Source of the DNA: Planctomycetota bacterium | GTDB taxonomy: Bacteria > Planctomycetota > PLA2 > JAEUHO01 | Assembly (NCBI GenBank): GCA_050248855.1 | Contig: JBFWRP010000005.1 | Coordinates: 8,389-72,388, forward strand | Length of the DNA stretch: 64,000 bases | Direction of reading: 5' to 3' | Part shown: positions 46,771-54,829 of the stretch, piece by piece | Layout of the letters: every line of letters begins with the position of its first letter | Position numbering within the stretch: position 1 is the stretch's first letter | The notes under the pieces: model-generated | The model's database searches: none | What the model saw: only the letters and a program-made list of their open reading frames with translations | Told to the model about the DNA's origin: nothing | Made by a program: the position numbers and the translations under genes

Positions 46771-46984
46771 AGGTGTCGCTACTGCCCGGCGTGGGGAGGT
46801 GCGGCTCGCCAGATGCTCGGCCGCGCACCACCATCGGCTCCTCGAGTGAACAGACCACGAGTCGTCGCCGATGGTGGCGCGCTGCCGTCGCCCTGACGAC
46901 CCGATCCGCGTCGTAGGCCCAGAAGGCCGGGCCCACGCGGACTCGGCCACGAAGATCCGCCCGCCGTCGACACTAGCTGGGACT
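46741..46984. mobile_element. 188-bp structured repeat element flanked by a 28-bp direct duplication of the ftsK 3-prime end (putative MITE-like insertion)
   Basis: DR1 at 46741-46768 is ccgcccgccgtcgacaccagctgggact. DR2 at 46957-46984 is ccgcccgccgtcgacactagctgggact (27/28). The interior carries the reverse-complement core ggctcgccagatgctcggcc and the 30-mer shared with 18518-18550, flanked by the inverted repeat caccaccatcggc...gccgatggtggcg. Confidence 0.65.
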
Positions 46985-47163
46985 GGCCGGCGGTGCCGGG
47001 CTCCTCCGCGTGCCGAGCCAGGCCCCCCGCACCCTTCAGCGCCCGTTGGGCAGGTCCGATCCAGCGGTACGGGGCGGCGTGCCGATCCGGCGGCGCGTCG
47101 TGCCCCCGTTCGGGGCGACTCCCCCCCTGTTCCGTGGGGGAGTCGTCCATTAGGGTCTTGCCG

Positions 47164-49134
47164 ATGCAGTCGGTCTTGCGACTCCTGCCTTCGTTCCTCG
47201 GGCCGGGACTGCTCCTCTTCCTCGTCTCCGTCCAGATCGCATGCGGCATGGACGGCTTCGAGTCCGGAGGCGGTCTTCTCGGCTTGCTCGAGGTGCCTGG
47301 CGTCCTCCTCGGCTGGGGCGGCGTCGCGTTGTTGCTGCCTCTGTTGACGTGGCTGCTGCTCGACTGGTGGGGCTACTCCCCCAGCGGCTTCGCGCTCAAG
47401 AGCCTCGGTGGCCTGGCGCTGGGGATCGCGGTCGGCGGGCTCGGCGGCCTGATGGGCGGGAAGGCCGGCGGCGGCCTGGTGGGCGCCGACCTCGCGGCCA
47501 TGCTCGCGGACAACCTCGGCTCGGCGTTTGCGATCTTCGCGCTGCTCTTGATGGCCGTGCCCGCGGGCATCCTCTCCTTCGCCAAGCTCGGCGTCGGCAC
47601 CGGGCGCAGCGTCGCGCCCAGCTCGACCACCACGCCAGCTCGCCCGCGCCGGGAGGCCCACGCGCCCAGCTCCGGCGATGGGCCGGCCGCCGGCGCCTCG
47701 GCTTGGCTCAGCGGGCTCGCAGCGCGCATGCCGCGTCGACGACCCAAGGTCACGACGGATCTCGAAGCGCTGGCGCGACGCAACGCGGGCGGCCGCGCGC
47801 GCTACCCACGGCAGCAGTTCGACGACCAGGGCAACGAGCTGCCCATGGCCTTCGAGGGCTCGCGCGACGTCGGCGTCATCCGGTTCGCGGACGGCAGCGA
47901 GCCCGATCCGGCCGCGGCCCCGGCCCGCGTGTCGCCGCCACGCTCCGCGCCCGTCGCACGCGACGACGGTCTGCCCACGCTCCGCGACGTCCTCTCGGGC
48001 CAAGCCGACGTGCCCGCGTCGACCGCCGGGGACGAGGCCGGCGGTGGGCTCGAAGCCGGGGCCGAGCCGGGCGAAGCCGGCGACGACACGGACGCGATGG
48101 GCGCGGCCTCGTCCGACGAGCCCACCTACGACGACATCGAGAGCGAGTTCGACGAGGAAGACGGCCCGATCCACGTGGACGCCCACGGCCGCCCCGTGCC
48201 CCGCCCCAAGCCCACGGCCGGGCGGCCCGCGGAGCCCGCGAACACGAGCAAGGTCCGCGGGCGCCCCGCGCGAGGGCCGGAGCTTCGCGACTCGCGCGAC
48301 GACGCGCCTGCGGCCGACGTCGTCCACCTGCCCGAGGCCGGGCCGCCCGCGAGCGTGCTGCTCGCGCGCGACCGTACGCAGAACGACGCCGAGGCACTGC
48401 CGCCGGGCGTGCGCTTCGCCGACGAGCCGGCGCCCGCCCCCACCGAGGAAACGTCCGGGCCTGCGCGCCGTCCCTCCCTGTCGGCGGAGGCCTCGACCCC
48501 ACGGAGCACGACGTCCGCGCCTGCCCCGACAGCCCCTGAGGCCGCCGGAGAACCGGTGCTGGAGGCCTTGAAGGGCACCACCGCGCAACGCGTGGCGATC
48601 CAGAAGGCGGAGGCCCGCGACCCCGAGACGCGCGCCGAGGAGATGCGCGCCGTTCGCAGCAGCGTGCGTCGCACCCTGGCGCCGGTCACCGACGAAGGCG
48701 CCGACCCGGTGCACCTGCGCAAGCTCGAGGCCTGCGGTCTGTTCGAGCCGACGACTGCCCCGGGCAGCAGGGGGTCGTCGCCGCCGAGCGGCGCGGCCCC
48801 GACCGCGCCCCTCGCCTCCTGGGCGGCCAAGGCGGATCGCGTGGCCGAGTCGGGGCCCCGCGTCGAGGCCGCACGTCTGGCCGCCCAGAAGGCGCTCGTC
48901 CACGAGCTCAAGGGCGAAGGGCGCGACCCGCTGTTCGCCGACGCCGTCGAGGTCGCCCTCTCCAGCGGGGCCGTGTCCGCCGCCCTTCTCGCGCGCCGCC
49001 TCGCCACCAGCCAGGAGCGGGCGCGCGAGCTGCTCCGGCGCCTCTTGGCCACCGACGTGGTCGGCGCGCCGGGCCCCTCGGGCACCTGCGCCACGGTGCT
49101 GACGCGCACCGTGTGGGACGAGATCCGGGGCTGA
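47164..49134 (+). CDS. Motor-less FtsK-like protein: FtsK-type multi-TM N-domain, long disordered linker, C-terminal FtsK-gamma-like winged helix
   Basis: ATG at 47164. Gly-rich TM bundle reminiscent of FtsK_4TM. About 400-aa Pro/Ala/Asp-rich linker. C-terminus DPLFADAVEVALSSGAVSAALLARRLATSQERARELLRRLLATDVVGAPGPSG parallels the FtsK gamma domain of the upstream gene. No Walker motifs. Confidence 0.55.
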   Translation: MQSVLRLLPSFLGPGLLLFLVSVQIACGMDGFESGGGLLGLLEVPGVLLGWGGVALLLPLLTWLLLDWWGYSPSGFALKSLGGLALGIAVGGLGGLMGGKAGGGLVGADLAAMLADNLGSAFAIFALLLMAVPAGILSFAKLGVGTGRSVAPSSTTTPARPRREAHAPSSGDGPAAGASAWLSGLAARMPRRRPKVTTDLEALARRNAGGRARYPRQQFDDQGNELPMAFEGSRDVGVIRFADGSEPDPAAAPARVSPPRSAPVARDDGLPTLRDVLSGQADVPASTAGDEAGGGLEAGAEPGEAGDDTDAMGAASSDEPTYDDIESEFDEEDGPIHVDAHGRPVPRPKPTAGRPAEPANTSKVRGRPARGPELRDSRDDAPAADVVHLPEAGPPASVLLARDRTQNDAEALPPGVRFADEPAPAPTEETSGPARRPSLSAEASTPRSTTSAPAPTAPEAAGEPVLEALKGTTAQRVAIQKAEARDPETRAEEMRAVRSSVRRTLAPVTDEGADPVHLRKLEACGLFEPTTAPGSRGSSPPSGAAPTAPLASWAAKADRVAESGPRVEAARLAAQKALVHELKGEGRDPLFADAVEVALSSGAVSAALLARRLATSQERARELLRRLLATDVVGAPGPSGTCATVLTRTVWDEIRG

Positions 49135-49200
49135 CCGCGAGGCCCCACAGGGCGCACACGCTCGGGAATCTTGGGCACGCGGCCCGGCCCCTCCCGTGGG

Positions 49201-50589
49201 ATGGAAGGGATGCCCGCCCCCGTGACCACCCCGACCGCGCGCTTGGCCCTGCTCTCGCTCGGCTGCGCCAAGAACCTCGTGGACAGCGAGCGGCTCGTCG
49301 GTGCCTTGACCGGTGCGGGCTTCGAGCTGGTCGAGCGGCTCGACGGCGCCGACCTCGCGCTCGTCAACACGTGCGGGTTCATCGAGGCCGCCAAGGAAGA
49401 GTCGATCGACACGATCCTCCAGGTCGCCCGCCACAAGGAGTTCGGCCGGCTGCGCGGGCTGCTCGTGGCCGGCTGCCTCGTCGAGCGCTACCGCGAGGAG
49501 CTGGCTCGCGAGATCCCCGAAGTCGATCGCTGGCTCGGCTTCGAGGACTACGCGCGCATCGTCAGCACCGCGCGCGAGCTCCTGGCCCTCCCGGCCGTTC
49601 GCGAGCTGCCGCCGCCGCGCGTGCTGTTGACGCCCACGGCTTACGCCTACCTGAAGATCTCGGAGGGCTGCGACCAGAAGTGCGCGTTCTGTGCGATCCC
49701 CTCGTTCCGCGGCCGCTTGGCCAGCCGCACGATCGAGGAGAACGTGGCCGACGCGCGCACGATCGCGGAGCGGGGTGTCGGCGAGATCGACATCGTCAGC
49801 CAAGACACCACGGCCTACGGCCGCGATCTCTACGGCAAGCCGCGGCTCGCGGACCTCCTGCGCGAGCTCACGCGGATCGACGGTCCGCGCTGGTGGCGCG
49901 TGCTGTACCTCTACCCCACGACGCTGCGCGACGACGTGCTGGACGAGATGGCGTCCAACGACCGCATCGCCAAGTACGTCGACATGCCGATCCAGCACGT
50001 GAGCGACCGCATGCTCAAGGCCATGCGGCGCGGCATCAGCGGCCCCAAGCAGCGCGCCCTGCTCGAGCGCATCCGCGAGCGGATCCCCGGTGTGGCGCTG
50101 CGCACCACGTTGATCACGGGTTTCCCCGGCGAGACGGACGCCGACCACCAGGAGGTCCTCGACACCGTACGGGAAGGCTGGTTCGACCGCCTGGGGGTGT
50201 TCACGTACAGCCCGGAGGAGGGCACGGCGGCCTACGACCGACCCGATCCGGTGCCCGAGGCGTTGATGGCAGAGCGTCGCGACGAGATCATGGCCGCCCA
50301 GCGGGAGGTCCACCATGCCCGCAACGCCGCGAAGGTCGGACGCGAGATCGAGGTACTCGTCGAGCGCCACGAGCCGCTCACGCGCCGCGCGTTCGGTCGT
50401 ACCGAGCACGATGCCCCAGACGTGGACGGATCGGTGCGGGTGACGGGCGTGGAGCATGCCCGCCCGGGTGCCGTGCTCCGCGTACGCGTGACCGCTTCGG
50501 AGGGCTACGACCTCGTCGCGGAGGCGCTGGGCACCGCCTCGACGCCGCCGCCGGGAAGCGCTCCCGCGGGCGGCCAGCCCGTACAGTAG
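49201..50589 (+). CDS. rimO: Ribosomal protein S12 methylthiotransferase RimO (radical SAM, MiaB family)
   Basis: LGCAKNLVDSE and NTCGF (UPF0004 domain). Radical SAM CDQKCAFC. TRAM domain. The start is 49171 or 49201. Confidence 0.85.
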   Translation: MEGMPAPVTTPTARLALLSLGCAKNLVDSERLVGALTGAGFELVERLDGADLALVNTCGFIEAAKEESIDTILQVARHKEFGRLRGLLVAGCLVERYREELAREIPEVDRWLGFEDYARIVSTARELLALPAVRELPPPRVLLTPTAYAYLKISEGCDQKCAFCAIPSFRGRLASRTIEENVADARTIAERGVGEIDIVSQDTTAYGRDLYGKPRLADLLRELTRIDGPRWWRVLYLYPTTLRDDVLDEMASNDRIAKYVDMPIQHVSDRMLKAMRRGISGPKQRALLERIRERIPGVALRTTLITGFPGETDADHQEVLDTVREGWFDRLGVFTYSPEEGTAAYDRPDPVPEALMAERRDEIMAAQREVHHARNAAKVGREIEVLVERHEPLTRRAFGRTEHDAPDVDGSVRVTGVEHARPGAVLRVRVTASEGYDLVAEALGTASTPPPGSAPAGGQPVQ

Positions 50590-50630
50590 GAGCGGCCTCG
50601 CCAGGGAGCGCGGCGAAAGGAGCGGGCAAG

Positions 50631-51254
50631 GTGAGGGGCCTCGGTCTGGCGAACCAGGTCACGATGGCGCGCGCCCTCGCGACGCTGGCCGTGTGGGTGC
50701 TCCTCGTCCTGGGGGGCAGCTCGCCCTCGACGACGCTCGTGGTCGTCACCTTCATCGTGTTCACGGCCGCGGCGGCCACGGACTTCCTCGACGGCATGCT
50801 GGCGCGGCGCACGGCCACGGTCAGCGTGTTCGGCCGCATCGCCGACCCGCTCGTGGACAAGATGCTGACCATCGGCACGCTGATCGTGGTGCAGGGTCAG
50901 CCCGCCGCGCAGGCCATCGTGCCGCCCTGGATGGTGGCCGTGATGCTGGTCCGCGAGCTGCTCGTGACGGCGCTCCGCGCGCAGGTGGAGAACGGCGGCG
51001 GCAACTTCCAGGCGGCCTGGGTCGGCAAGTGGAAGATGATCCTGCAGGCCATCGCGGCGGGCGCGGCGATCCTCGCACCGTGGGCAACGTCGTGGACGCA
51101 CGCGCTCGTGCCGGGCTTCGATGCGCTGCCGGGCGGCGCCTCCACGTGGAAGCTCGGCCACCTGCTGGCGTGGGCCGCGTTGCTCCTGACGGTCATCTCG
51201 CTCGTGCCGTACGTGCGCCGCGCCGTCCGGGCGCTGGCACCCCGCGAGTCGTGA
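50631..51254 (+). CDS. pgsA: CDP-diacylglycerol--glycerol-3-phosphate 3-phosphatidyltransferase
   Basis: GTG at 50631 after AAGGAG. CDP-alcohol phosphatidyltransferase motif DFLDGMLAR...G...DPLVDK. 207 aa. Confidence 0.8.
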   Translation: MRGLGLANQVTMARALATLAVWVLLVLGGSSPSTTLVVVTFIVFTAAAATDFLDGMLARRTATVSVFGRIADPLVDKMLTIGTLIVVQGQPAAQAIVPPWMVAVMLVRELLVTALRAQVENGGGNFQAAWVGKWKMILQAIAAGAAILAPWATSWTHALVPGFDALPGGASTWKLGHLLAWAALLLTVISLVPYVRRAVRALAPRES

Positions 51255-51265
51255 GCGGACACCCG

Positions 51266-51781
51266 ATGGGCGTTCCGTCCGAGGGAGTGGGTGCGTCCCT
51301 GGGCCGGGCCCAGCGCCTCGCCCTCGCGGCCTGCGGGCTCGGCTGGCTGCCTGGGGCTCCCGGCACGTGGGCGTCGCTGGGCACCGTCCTCGTCGCCCTG
51401 CCGTTCCTGGGCTCGTGCCTTGCGGGTGGCGCCGTGCTGGCACTCTTGCTGCTTGCGGGCTCGCTGGCGTGCCTGTCCTGGGGTGGCCGCGCCGTGCGTC
51501 CGGACGGACGGGGCGACCCGGGCTGGGTCGTGGCCGACGAGGTCGCGGGCCAGGCCCTTGCGCTCGGCGGCGCACTTCCCGCCGTGGTGACCCGTGAGCT
51601 CGCCACGTCGTGGTGGCTCGTGGCGCTTGCTTTCGTGCTGTTCCGCGCCCTCGACGTGGTCAAGCCTGGTCCGATCCGACGCCTCGAGCGCTTGCCCGGC
51701 GGACTCGGCGTGCTCGCCGACGACCTCGGTGCCGGAGCTGCCGCGGCTGTCGTCGTGGGCGTCGTCGGCCACTTCGCCTGA
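51266..51781 (+). CDS. pgpA: Phosphatidylglycerophosphatase A
   Basis: DEVAGQ...FRALDVVKPGPI motifs. 171 aa. Follows pgsA. Confidence 0.75.
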   Translation: MGVPSEGVGASLGRAQRLALAACGLGWLPGAPGTWASLGTVLVALPFLGSCLAGGAVLALLLLAGSLACLSWGGRAVRPDGRGDPGWVVADEVAGQALALGGALPAVVTRELATSWWLVALAFVLFRALDVVKPGPIRRLERLPGGLGVLADDLGAGAAAAVVVGVVGHFA

Positions 51782-51851
51782 GCGAGCGACCACGAGCCGC
51801 CGCGGGCCTATACTCCGCGCCGCGCGGGTTCGCCGCGAAGGGAGGACGCAC

Positions 51852-53972
51852 ATGGCCACTTCGCCCCGGCGATCGAGGGGACGCGACGACGAGCGCCGGC
51901 CCCGCCGGCCCCGCGACGGCGACACGCCGCCTGCGGCCAAGCCCGTGGTCCCGCCGGTGGTCCCGCCTGCAGCGAAGCCCGTGGTCCCGCCTGCAGCGAA
52001 GCCCGTGGTCCCGCCTGTAGCGAAGCCCGTCGTACCGTCCGCGGCAAAGCCGGTGGTCCCGCCCGCGGCCGCCACCCCCGTGGCCAAGCCGGTCGCCAAG
52101 CCTGCACCGCAGGCGCCGGCTCGACCCAGCTCACCGCCCTCCGCGGCCAAGGCCTCCTCCTCGTCGCGCGGCCCCCGGGCTCGCGAAACGGAGGTGGGCG
52201 GCCGCGGCCGCTCGCAGCGTCGCGGCGGCGGCATGTCGATCGGCTTGGCCTCGGCCCTGGTGGCCGCCGGCATCACCTTCCTCGTCCTGCTCGTGCAGCT
52301 GCTGATGTCGGGCCGCAAGGACGCCGAGGGCTCGCCCACGCGTGACGCCTTCGGCAGCGCCGCGGCAGCCGCCCTCGCGGGCGGCGACGACGCCGCGTGG
52401 ACCGGGGGCGCGCGCGCCGTGGCCTACGATGTGAAGTGGATCGAACGCCAGATCAGCAGCTTGTTCGGTGAACGCGGCGAACGTTGGTTCGACGACGAGA
52501 AGGCGCGCATCAACCCGGACCCGAAAGAGCTCGAGTCCATGGCCATGGACGAGATCGAGGCGATCCAGAAGCGCAAGGCCAAGTGGGACGAGACGGTCGA
52601 GAGACTGGCGGGGGCCAGCGTGGGCGCAGGCGACGACGACTCGCAGCGCATGAGGCGCCTCCTCAACAGGAACTTCCACCGCCTGTACTCGAAGGACGGC
52701 GTCTACCGCGTCATCGCGGCCCACGTGCTCAAGAACCCGGGCGCGGGCGCGCAGATCGTGGTCAGCCAGCCCGACAACGCCACGATTGCCCCCGACTGGT
52801 CCACGTACAGCACGAGCGCATCCAAGGGCGGCTCCGTCTCGGGCCAAGCCTCCATCGGGAGCGACTCCTGGCCCGTCACGATCTACCTGGCGGAGCTTCC
52901 CGGCAGCACCACCACGAGTCGCCTCATGGCCTCGGCAGCCGTCTACGAAGCCGGCTCGGCCGGCGGCGGCGGCGGAGCGGGACTGGGGCTGATCCTGTTG
53001 GTCTTGGGGCCCCTGCTTGCGGGCTTTGCCACCTTCGCGGTCGCCAACGGCTTCGGCGCCAAGATCAAGGCGCTGGCGCGCGAGATCGACCGCTTGGGCA
53101 GCACGGGCGACCCGACGCGATCGCTCCGCGCAGACGGTGCGGAAGCGTCCCTCGTGGCCCGCTCCGTCGAACGCATGGTGAGCACGCTCGAGTTCCGCTC
53201 CAAGCACGATGGCGCGGACCTGGACGAAGTGGCCCAGCGGGAGCGGGCCGTCGCCGAGGAGATCCACAAGGGTCTCGTCTCCAAGCACCCGCCGCGCCTG
53301 GACGGCTACGAGGTGGAGACGCTGTTCAAGCCCGGCTTCGAGATCGGCGGCGACCACTTCGAGTACTTCCGCATCGACGACACGCACCTGGGCCTGATCC
53401 TGCTCGACACGAACGTGCGTGGCCTGCAGGCCGCCTTGGTCATGGCATCCACGCGCGCGTACGTGCGCACGGCGGCGCCCGGCGTGCTCTCGCCAGCCCA
53501 GGTGCTGCGCGAGGTCAACCGTCACCTCGCCGGCGAGCTGCCGCCCGGCCGGCACGTGACGGCGCTCTACGCCGTGCTCGACATGAACGCGGGCACCGCC
53601 ACGCTGGCCAGCGCCGGGCACCTGCCGCTGCTCGTCTACCGCCACGCCGCGGGCAAGCTGTCCATGGTCAACCCCGAGGGGTTGGCCCTGGGCATGGACA
53701 CGGGCCCCGTGTTCGACGACGCGCTGCAGGAGGGCGAGATCCCGCTCGGAGTCGGCGACCGCATCGTCATGTACACGGACGGCGCGCTGAAGATCCAGAA
53801 CGCCGACGGCGAGGAGTTCGGCGAGCAGCGCTTCTACCAATCCGTGTCGCGCGAAGCGCCCAAGAACAGCCAGGCGTTCGTCAACTTCGTCGGCGGCGGC
53901 ATCGACGCGTTCCACGTGGGCGCCCAGCAGAACGACGACATCACGATCAGCACGATCAAGCGGCTGCGCTGA
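51852..53972 (+). CDS. PP2C/SpoIIE-family Ser/Thr phosphatase with N-terminal Pro-rich (AAKPVVPP)n repeat, TM segment and sensor-like middle region
   Basis: ATG at 51852 after AAGGGAGGA. Six PVVPPAAK-type repeats. TM GLASALVAAGITFLVLLVQLL. C-terminal PP2C motifs GGDHFEYF, LDTNVRGLQAAL, YTDGALK, NDDITI. Confidence 0.8.
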   Translation: MATSPRRSRGRDDERRPRRPRDGDTPPAAKPVVPPVVPPAAKPVVPPAAKPVVPPVAKPVVPSAAKPVVPPAAATPVAKPVAKPAPQAPARPSSPPSAAKASSSSRGPRARETEVGGRGRSQRRGGGMSIGLASALVAAGITFLVLLVQLLMSGRKDAEGSPTRDAFGSAAAAALAGGDDAAWTGGARAVAYDVKWIERQISSLFGERGERWFDDEKARINPDPKELESMAMDEIEAIQKRKAKWDETVERLAGASVGAGDDDSQRMRRLLNRNFHRLYSKDGVYRVIAAHVLKNPGAGAQIVVSQPDNATIAPDWSTYSTSASKGGSVSGQASIGSDSWPVTIYLAELPGSTTTSRLMASAAVYEAGSAGGGGGAGLGLILLVLGPLLAGFATFAVANGFGAKIKALAREIDRLGSTGDPTRSLRADGAEASLVARSVERMVSTLEFRSKHDGADLDEVAQRERAVAEEIHKGLVSKHPPRLDGYEVETLFKPGFEIGGDHFEYFRIDDTHLGLILLDTNVRGLQAALVMASTRAYVRTAAPGVLSPAQVLREVNRHLAGELPPGRHVTALYAVLDMNAGTATLASAGHLPLLVYRHAAGKLSMVNPEGLALGMDTGPVFDDALQEGEIPLGVGDRIVMYTDGALKIQNADGEEFGEQRFYQSVSREAPKNSQAFVNFVGGGIDAFHVGAQQNDDITISTIKRLR
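51931..52072. repeat. Tandem 24-nt coding repeat (gcagcgaagcccgtggtcccgcct, about 6 units)
   Basis: Direct reading of the sequence. Encodes AAKPVVPP units. Confidence 0.85.
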
Positions 53973-53976
53973 CCTC

Positions 53977-54300
53977 GTGGGCTCTCGCGAGCAACCCGCC
54001 GGCGACCTGGCCGCCTTCCAGGCGTCCATCGAGGCCACCTACGGGGAGCGCGACCGGGCCCGCGGCCTGGCTCCGACCTACATGTGGTTCATCGAGGAGG
54101 TCGGCGAGCTGGGCCGGGCGCTGCGCAAGGGGGACGCCGAGAACCTCCGTGAGGAGGTCGGCGACGTGCTGGCCTGGCTCACGAGCCTGGCCTCCATGGC
54201 GGGCATCTCCCTGGAGGAGGCCGCCAGCCGCTACCGGGACGGCTGCCCGCGCTGCGGCCAGTGCCCGTGTGCATGTCGCCGAGGACCTGCTCGCAGCTGA
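53977..54300 (+). CDS. MazG-like nucleotide pyrophosphohydrolase domain protein
   Basis: GTG start. EEVGELGRALRKGD...EEVGDVLAWL paired EExxE/D motifs. Cys-rich tail CPRCGQCPCAC. 107 aa. Confidence 0.65.
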   Translation: MGSREQPAGDLAAFQASIEATYGERDRARGLAPTYMWFIEEVGELGRALRKGDAENLREEVGDVLAWLTSLASMAGISLEEAASRYRDGCPRCGQCPCACRRGPARS

Positions 54301-54530
54301 GCGGTCCAAAGGACTTTGGACCCGACTAGGCGTCGAACGCCGGGCGACCGCTACCGCATCGATCGTGCAACCCTTTGTGGGCAAGTGACTTGCGAGAATC
54401 CACGGATTTTTGTGCCAAGCGATTGGCCATACTTGGTCACACAAGGTAAGTTCCCGGTGTCGATCCAAAGGACGCGGCATCATCCCCCCCCTGGATGCCA
54501 AAGACCTCGGGTCGGCGAACAACGGGTGAC
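54301..54530 (+). ncRNA. Candidate small RNA or structured leader (low-GC non-coding stretch ending at an intrinsic terminator)
   Basis: About 50% GC island in a 70% GC genome. No credible ORF. Perfect 9-bp hairpin ggtccaaag-gac-ctttggacc at 54303-54323. tccaaaggac occurs again at 54465. Ends in a canonical terminator. No family could be assigned. Confidence 0.35.
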
Positions 54531-54570
54531 GGCCCCCCGGCGAAAGCCGGGGGGCCGGTTTTCGTTTTGG
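54531..54570 (+). terminator. Rho-independent terminator
   Basis: GGCCCCCCGGC-GAAA-GCCGGGGGGCC (11-bp perfect stem, GNRA loop) followed by GGTTTTCGTTTTGG. Confidence 0.8.
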
Positions 54571-54829
54571 GCCACTCCCCCGGCCCCGAACGAGCGCCGT
54601 TTCGGCGCCGCAGGCGCTCCGCGACCACCCTGCGCCCGGGGCCGTGCGTGCTAGATTCGGCCGACCTGCTGGAGGGCGGGGCCTCGAAGGAGCGACGCAC
54701 GCGACCGCTGCGCCCAAGGCCGGCGGTCCGTGGACCGATCCCGAGAGCATCCGCAAGGCCCGTGGAGGGCCTCCAGCAGCCGGTCAGGGGTGGGGCCCGC
54801 GCTCCCTCCGCCGTACGGGAGGGTCACGC

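Noticed and set aside
44110-50457. 2115-aa - ORF
   Set aside because: It is antisense to ftsK, the FtsK-like gene and rimO, all of which have strong motif support.
52131-54038. 635-aa - ORF and the 52484..54388 + ORF
   Set aside because: They are alternative frames or antisense of the PP2C phosphatase gene.
54420-54460. Sigma-70 or sigma-54 promoter for the candidate sRNA (TTGGCC...TAAGTT / TGGCCATACTTGGTCA)
   Set aside because: The matches to either consensus are weak. I kept this only as part of the sRNA-candidate finding, not as a promoter feature.
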